Under the pieces are notes generated by a model. That model saw nothing but the letters and a program-made list of their open reading frames with translations. It was not told the origin of the DNA and did not search any database. The position numbers and the translations under genes are program-made. From a virus (Duplodnaviria; Caudoviricetes): a stretch of 50,209 bases of DNA. The stretch's first letter is position 1; every line of letters starts with the position of its first letter. Of the stretch, positions 45,131 through 50,209 are shown piece after piece. The stretch lies in IMG/VR virus record IMGVR_UViG_3300037470_000793, positions 1-50,209 of that record. The stretch is one strand, 5' to 3'.

Positions 45131-45153
45131 ACTCATATGCGCAGGCCACAACC
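45131..45153 (-). promoter_or_regulatory. Phage promoter motif GGTTGTG-N4-GCGCATATGAGT (packaging/structural operon)
   Basis: Minus strand reads ggttgtg-gcct-gcgcatatgagt; third copy of the motif. Confidence 0.8.
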
Positions 45154-45159
45154 ACTTTT

Positions 45160-45597
45160 GGAAAAGCCCTGGTCAGAGGCCCTTTTCTACATGCAAGGCG
45201 TTGCAGCAAGAATCACACGCTTGTGGTCATTTCGGAGTCCCGCGGGGCCCCCCGGCGGGTCCCATCCGGCGAAATCTGGGTCTACAGGGTAGTCAAGTCC
45301 CTCGTGCGTTCGGCCTAGGGCGGGGTGACCCGTCCCGGTGTGCACGGCCTACGTCCTTCGGCCTGGCCCGCCCGCCCTCAGCCTAGGTCTAAAGGTGTAG
45401 TACATGTACACACTATGTACATAGGTAGGGGGATGGCGCATGGCGTATGGCCTAGGGCGTATGGCGTAGTCAGTGGTGCCCACACACCACCAGTAGGCGT
45501 AGTACGTACGGCAGCGCGCCCCCGCCCTTGGGCCTAGGGCGAGGGCGCGTGAAAGCGCCAGTGCGGGGTGCGTGTGAGCAGCAGTGGGTGAGGCCGG
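45160..45597. other. Non-coding palindrome-rich region: candidate pac site, physical genome end or origin
   Basis: AT-rich core with palindromes gtacatgtac (45400-45409) and ctatgtacatag (45413-45424); several cctagg; lies between the late and early modules. Confidence 0.45.
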
Positions 45598-45936
45598 CTA
45601 GTCCTTCCAGCCTAGGCCTCGGTCACGCCGCTCCATCAGCTCGCCGTAGGCCTCAAGGGCCGCGGCGCTATCCCCGACGGGGAGCTCGTCGCGTGGAACG
45701 TCGGGGTCGCGGTAGGCCAAACGCCCGTACTGCAGGACGTCCGCCACGTACGTGTCGCCTAGGTCATACGACCCTTGGGTGTAGGGCGAGCTCACCGCGC
45801 ACATCCATCGGGCGTAGTCCACGTGGGGGTCGGCGGAGTAGGCCTTGAGGACCTTCCACGTCCACCCATCGTCCGACACGTAGACCGCATACGGCCTATC
45901 CACTGGTCGGGTCTTGCCCATGCTCGTGCGTGCCAT
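45598..45936 (-). CDS. Hypothetical early protein
   Basis: GKTRPVDRPYAVY...GWTWKVLKAY...ARWMCAVSSPYT.GS..LGDTY; AGGA RBS. Confidence 0.8.
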   Translation of the reverse strand: MARTSMGKTRPVDRPYAVYVSDDGWTWKVLKAYSADPHVDYARWMCAVSSPYTQGSYDLGDTYVADVLQYGRLAYRDPDVPRDELPVGDSAAALEAYGELMERRDRGLGWKD

Positions 45937-45953
45937 GTCCTACTCCCTTCGCC

Positions 45954-46787
45954 CTAGCTTGCCTGGTCCGGCTTGACGAACCCATCCCACGCGCCGGCTA
46001 CGCCTCTTGCCGACCCCTTAGCCCGAAGGCCTACGACCACGCCGGCCGGGTCGTCCACCCGACTGTCGGACGTATCGGCGTCGACCACGGGGAAGCCGGC
46101 GAAGGTGGCCGGCAACGGGTGACCCTTGACCGTGGCAAACACCACGGCCACGTTGGCACCCGACCTAAGCCATTCGAGTGCTTCATCCCCCGAACGGGGG
46201 TTCTCGCTCACCGAGAAGACCAGCCTGTCGTAGGCCGTTGGGCCTAGGCTGCGCTGGGCCGCCGGCGCCTTCGTGTAGTCGTACACTCGGACGTCGGGTA
46301 GGTCGAAGAGCCTAGGCGCGATGAGCTCCCACCGTAGGTCACTCGCCACGTTCGGGCGGAAGTCGATGGGCCCGTATCGCCTCACCTGCTCGGCGAGCTC
46401 GTGGGCCAAGAGGGTGACGAACGCCTGGGGCTCTTGGGCTAGGGCTTTCGTCTTGGCCACCCTCGCCCGTCTGACCGATGGCAGCGTCCCCTTGCCGGCC
46501 GTGACCAGGACACACGCACTAGTGCATGCGGCCGTGCGCCACATGCACACGTCGTAGTCCCCGGACATGTCTGCCGGCGCAAGGCTTAGGCCAACCGCCC
46601 TACGCGCACTCATCCCGAGCTTGTGTTGGGCCTCGGGTAGGGTGAGCAGACGGGGGAGGCTCGCGTAGCCCATCTGGCCTACGTAGAACGCTCGGAGTCG
46701 GCGTTTGGCCTCGGCCACGGTCATGTCGGCTGGGTCGAACGGCCCATGCTGCTCGAGCTCGAGGGTTAGGGCTTTCGCCCTACTCAC
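45954..46787 (-). CDS. GP88-like (radical-SAM-related) protein
   Basis: LSLAPA...C-x6-C-x3-C...GKG, RPNVASDL.W, YDYTK, NVAVVF, D..D.R..DP.GVVVGLRAKG. Confidence 0.82.
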   Translation of the reverse strand: MSRAKALTLELEQHGPFDPADMTVAEAKRRLRAFYVGQMGYASLPRLLTLPEAQHKLGMSARRAVGLSLAPADMSGDYDVCMWRTAACTSACVLVTAGKGTLPSVRRARVAKTKALAQEPQAFVTLLAHELAEQVRRYGPIDFRPNVASDLRWELIAPRLFDLPDVRVYDYTKAPAAQRSLGPTAYDRLVFSVSENPRSGDEALEWLRSGANVAVVFATVKGHPLPATFAGFPVVDADTSDSRVDDPAGVVVGLRAKGSARGVAGAWDGFVKPDQAS

Positions 46788-47058
46788 AGTCGACCTCCCG
46801 CTCGCGCCCGACCCACGTCGCTTTGCGGCCGAGCCGGCCGTCGGCCTCATCGGCTGCGACCAGCAGGTTCACGGCGAACTCTCGGACCTCGTCGACCGTC
46901 GCAAGGAACGATGCGCTCACCTGCGACTCGCCCTCATCGTCGCGGCCGACGGCGAGGCCGAAGAACACTTGACCGGCGGTCATGTTCGACGCGAAGGCCA
47001 TCACACCGTGCCGGCCCGTGACGTCGGAGCCTTCGATAGAGGCTGTGTTAGAGGCCAT
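46780..47058 (-). CDS. Hypothetical protein
   Basis: Operon packing; start uncertain (47058 or 47067). Confidence 0.65.
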   Translation of the reverse strand: MASNTASIEGSDVTGRHGVMAFASNMTAGQVFFGLAVGRDDEGESQVSASFLATVDEVREFAVNLLVAADEADGRLGRKATWVGREREVDCE

Positions 47059-47146
47059 CCTTACCATCCCTTCTCGGCGCAACGCGCCCGGTCGGTGTCG
47101 CTTTCGTGCTCATCGGGTCCATGACCACACGGTACCAGGTTCGTCG

Positions 47147-47413
47147 TCACCTGACCACCCTTCCGACTCGGAGCGCTGCCGGCGTCGCCGGCTGGTCCGC
47201 CCTTCGAAACATGACCGTGGCCACCACGCCGGCCCGGGCTACGGCCCAGACCTCGTCGCCGTTCGAGCCGCCGGCCCAACCCTCGGCCCAGCCGCAGAAG
47301 ACTGCGACGTCCGCCGTGGTCGAGCCTACGCGCTCGTCGACGATGGCGCCAACCTCGGCCGGGTCAATCCCCCGGAGCCGGGCTTGCCTGGCTGCGTGGT
47401 CCGTGGTCTTCAT
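47147..47413 (-). CDS. Small protein with T-D-H-A...RGI motif (DUF4258/RelE-like fold, tentative)
   Basis: MKTTDHAARQARLRGIDPAEV...VVATVM. Confidence 0.55.
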   Translation of the reverse strand: MKTTDHAARQARLRGIDPAEVGAIVDERVGSTTADVAVFCGWAEGWAGGSNGDEVWAVARAGVVATVMFRRADQPATPAALRVGRVVR

Positions 47414-47654
47414 GACCTCATTATCGGCCTTGCCGGCCGTCTTGTACAGTCGGCCGTTCGGCCTATCTTGTGGCGAGCGTCGGCCTACGTCCCACGCCAC
47501 GGCGCAGAGGATGTAGGCCGGCGGCCGCCGAAACCCCAGGGCGGGGGAGGGCCTTCGACCTAGTCATGGGGCCGGCCGACCTAGGACAGGGGCAGCGTCC
47601 AGTTCTAGCCTTTCGGCCGATGTGGAACTGGTCGCCAGGGCCGATACTCACACC

Positions 47655-47873
47655 ATGAACCGAGAGGACGAGCAGATGCGAAGCGAAGACCGAGACGACG
47701 TAGAGGCAGGGTACGACGAGGAATCGGCGACCTGCGGGTACTGCGGCGCTCCCGATGCCGAGCACTACACGTTCGGCCGGCAGGGGCGCCGAGAGGACGG
47801 GACCTGGGGCGTCACGAGCACGTACAACCAGGTGATGTGCCTTCGGTGCGCGCGGCAGGCTGGGGCGGCATGA
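47655..47873 (+). CDS. Zinc-finger-like early protein
   Basis: CGYC...CLRC; first gene of the rightward early operon. Confidence 0.65.
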   Translation: MNREDEQMRSEDRDDVEAGYDEESATCGYCGAPDAEHYTFGRQGRREDGTWGVTSTYNQVMCLRCARQAGAA

Positions 47874-48088
47874 TGGCCTACCCGAGCAGGAACGCGCAGG
47901 GCGAGTACGTGTGCGAGGGCACCACGCTCGCAGGGCGGCGGTGCCGGAAGGTCGCCACGGCCCACTGGTTCAAGGGTGATTCGTGCGCCATGCACTACTG
48001 CGCCCAGCACTCGGCTGGGGCAGGAGCCATGCGGATACTGCTCCCGAGGCCGTGGGAGTATGACCGCATCGAGCGAGGGAGGATGTGA
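47870..48088 (+). CDS. Cys/His-rich early protein
   Basis: CEGTTLAGRRC...YCAQH; ATGA overlap. Confidence 0.65.
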   Translation: MMAYPSRNAQGEYVCEGTTLAGRRCRKVATAHWFKGDSCAMHYCAQHSAGAGAMRILLPRPWEYDRIERGRM

Positions 48089-48089
48089 C

Positions 48090-48746
48090 ATGAAGAAGGC
48101 AGACATCGAGGTTGGCGAGACCTACCTTGCGGCACAGGGGCGGGACTACCTGTACTCGAAGAAGAAGGTCAAGGTCATCGAGAACGAAGAGTACTACACC
48201 GTCAGCGAGCGCGACGTCGCTCGGTCCGTCCGACACGAGGACGAGGGATACCGCAAGGCTCACCTGAAATGGGCTCTCACCGAGGCCTTCGCGACGGAAA
48301 CGACCCCGCGCGAGCGCGATGAGGCGAAGTACGCTCTGAGCGCCGCCAGTGCACAGGCCGCGGACCGTTGGCTGAAAGCTGACCCCATGCGGCGCTTCCG
48401 CAAGGGCAGTGCCGGCTCCCGGTCGTCGTGGGACCCCTCGGGCATCCTCGTCTACCTCATCGCCGACAACGGCGAGCGGGTGTTGACGCTCGTGCCTCGG
48501 CGCGAGATTCGGATGACGTGGGTGGAGTACGAGGCCAAGGTCGAGCGCGAGCAGAAGGCTCGGGTCGAGCAGGAGGTTCGGGCGGCCGCCGCTCAGCGTG
48601 AAAGGGACGCCAAGCGACCCCTGGTGGTTGCAGCGCTCGAAGCCATCGGCATCAAGGCCTACCTGCCCTCGTACCAGGACAAGGTCACGCTCACGTTCGA
48701 CCAAGTGCTCGCGCTCGCCGCGAGTGCAGAAGGGGCAGGTGCATGA
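48090..48746 (+). CDS. Hypothetical early protein
   Basis: MKKADIEVGETY...; GGAGG RBS. Confidence 0.8.
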   Translation: MKKADIEVGETYLAAQGRDYLYSKKKVKVIENEEYYTVSERDVARSVRHEDEGYRKAHLKWALTEAFATETTPRERDEAKYALSAASAQAADRWLKADPMRRFRKGSAGSRSSWDPSGILVYLIADNGERVLTLVPRREIRMTWVEYEAKVEREQKARVEQEVRAAAAQRERDAKRPLVVAALEAIGIKAYLPSYQDKVTLTFDQVLALAASAEGAGA

Positions 48747-49072
48747 TGCCGTTGCGAACGCGGATGATTGAGCACGCCGAAGAGGTACACGGGTTCAACG
48801 TACACAGGCCCGAGGCCGACTACGGGGTGGTGGCCGACCGGCACTTCCGCGACCACGCCACGTCGAAATCCCCAGTGTGGGAGCACTCGGTGACGGACCT
48901 GTTCCTCAGCATCGAGGAGGGCGACGAGGACCTGCCCGAGCCGGACCTGCAAGCCGCGTGCGACGCGTGGGTCCTTGAGACCGCCATCGAGCGGGGGTTG
49001 CTGTCCGAGGCCGACGCCATCGCTCTGCAGATGGAGTGGGCGTGGGTGGACCGAACGGAAAGGGGCGAGTGA
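48743..49072 (+). CDS. Hypothetical early protein
   Basis: ATGA overlap. Confidence 0.75.
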   Translation: MMPLRTRMIEHAEEVHGFNVHRPEADYGVVADRHFRDHATSKSPVWEHSVTDLFLSIEEGDEDLPEPDLQAACDAWVLETAIERGLLSEADAIALQMEWAWVDRTERGE

Positions 49073-49353
49073 TGGGGCTCGATACCTTCATGGTCGTGAA
49101 CTCAGCCGGCAGGGTGCAGCTCTTCTTCGACGCTCCGATGGCCGCGTGGCGCGAGGCCCGCGACGCATCGGTCGAGACCGGCTGGGCTCTGTTGACACGC
49201 ACCGGGCCAAGCTGCACTGTCGAGGATGTGGCCCTGTTCGTGGACGGACAGGAGCAGCGGCGGCTCATGCGGAACGGCATCGGCGGCGTCCACCTGCCCG
49301 CGCAGAACCCGTGGAGACCCGGCTGGAACCGCAACGAGGGAGGGTTGACATGA
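49072..49353 (+). CDS. Hypothetical early protein
   Basis: TGATG coupling. Confidence 0.7.
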   Translation: MGLDTFMVVNSAGRVQLFFDAPMAAWREARDASVETGWALLTRTGPSCTVEDVALFVDGQEQRRLMRNGIGGVHLPAQNPWRPGWNRNEGGLT

Positions 49354-49493
49354 GCGAACAGTCTGGTATCATGGACGAGATGGAGCTGTTCGAGCAGGAC
49401 CTACAGGAAGGGCGGGCGTGGGAGGACAAGCTGGCTGAGCTCACACTCGCAGCCCGCATCGGAGCAGCACGAGAGCAGGGAGGGCAGTCATGA
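49350..49493 (+). CDS. Small acidic early protein
   Basis: MSEQSGIMDEMELFEQ...; ATGA overlaps. Confidence 0.65.
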   Translation: MSEQSGIMDEMELFEQDLQEGRAWEDKLAELTLAARIGAAREQGGQS

Positions 49494-49705
49494 GGGAGTA
49501 CAGCGTCGCGGTCACCGTCGACGTGACCATCCGCTACAACCCAACCTCCGCGCCGGAGACGGCCGCAGACCTCCGCGAAGATGCAGCTATGCTGCTCGGC
49601 GGGGCGTGTCTCGACCACGTGTACGGCATCGACGAGGCGTGGGTCGCCAGCGTCGACCAGGTGCGGGTGTACCGTGGACAGTTCGGAAAAGGGGCAGTGA
49701 TATGA
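49490..49705 (+). CDS. Hypothetical early protein
   Basis: ATGA overlaps. Confidence 0.7.
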   Translation: MREYSVAVTVDVTIRYNPTSAPETAADLREDAAMLLGGACLDHVYGIDEAWVASVDQVRVYRGQFGKGAVI

Positions 49706-50043
49706 GCAAGATGACCCAGGTCACACGCAGCGTCGCGTGGCCGACGCTGACACAGGACAACCCATCGCTGGTCGACGACATCATCGTCGAGGCCGAAGGT
49801 GGCAGCATCGTCATCGAGTTCTACCGGTTCCGCGGGGTCGGCGGGCTGAGCGTCAAGGTGTGTGCGTTCACCGACGCATGGAAGACGCTCCGAAACGAGA
49901 AGGTCGCCGGCGCACTCGACTTCATCGCGAAGCTGGCGGAGATGCCGCAGGGCATCGATGTCGAGATGGCAGAGAACGCTCTCCGGGTCTTCGGCATCGT
50001 GCCGGACCCGAAATACCCAACGAGAAAAGGGGCAGTGACATGA
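49702..50043 (+). CDS. Hypothetical early protein
   Basis: ATGA overlaps; AAAGGGGCAG motif upstream. Confidence 0.75.
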   Translation: MSKMTQVTRSVAWPTLTQDNPSLVDDIIVEAEGGSIVIEFYRFRGVGGLSVKVCAFTDAWKTLRNEKVAGALDFIAKLAEMPQGIDVEMAENALRVFGIVPDPKYPTRKGAVT

Positions 50044-50209
50044 GTATTGACGCCATCATCGTAGAGCGCAACGAAGCCGGGTACAGCCCCACCGAGGTCT
50101 ACCTCTTCGACCACGAAGAGTTCGGCGGCGTCGAGGGGAACAGCGTCGACCGGGCAGAGGACGCGCTGCGCGCGTACCTCGTCGCCTCGTTCGGCGAGAA
50201 GAACATCAG
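50040..50209 (+). CDS. 5' part of the junction-spanning hypothetical protein (ends at 251)
   Basis: ATG 50040; open to the window end and continuing at 158. Confidence 0.8.
   Translation, partial: MSIDAIIVERNEAGYSPTEVYLFDHEEFGGVEGNSVDRAEDALRAYLVASFGEKNI
50053..50209. repeat. Terminal direct repeat, right copy
   Basis: Identical to 1-157 apart from one base. Confidence 0.97.

Noticed and set aside
1-50209. Prophage or temperate lifestyle
   Set aside because: No integrase, repressor pair, partition genes or flanking host genes; the sequence is circular.

Overview
The window looks like a complete, circularly permuted genome of a high-GC lytic tailed phage. A 157-bp terminal direct repeat with one mismatch gives a unit length of about 50,052 bp. 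The host is very probably an Actinomycetota. The virion module is podovirus-like: TerL, portal, scaffold, major capsid protein, tail adaptor, nozzle, fibres and large internal/ejection proteins, with no tape measure or tail tube seen. Other modules are a lysis cassette (M15 peptidase endolysin, holin), a replication operon (family A DNA polymerase, prim-pol, Cas4-like exonuclease, EndoVII, SLOG protein, ClpP-like protease), a nucleotide-metabolism operon (HAD deoxynucleotidase, DUF5664-like diphosphohydrolase) and many small early genes, including a sigma-region-4-like regulator. No integrase, helicase, tRNA or CRISPR was recognised. The standout is a phage-encoded Pup (prokaryotic ubiquitin-like protein, ending QKGGQ) just upstream of the terminase. 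With the stand-alone ClpP, it suggests the phage hijacks host regulated proteolysis. Further observations are a three-copy phage promoter motif (GGTTGTG-N4-GCGCRTATGAGT), an in-frame hairpin element inside the DNA polymerase, a structured RNA candidate beside the portal, ART-like domains in the giant ejection protein, a GGCCTA/CCTAGG-enriched zone and apparent GATC avoidance. All calls come from reading motifs by eye; no database search was run.
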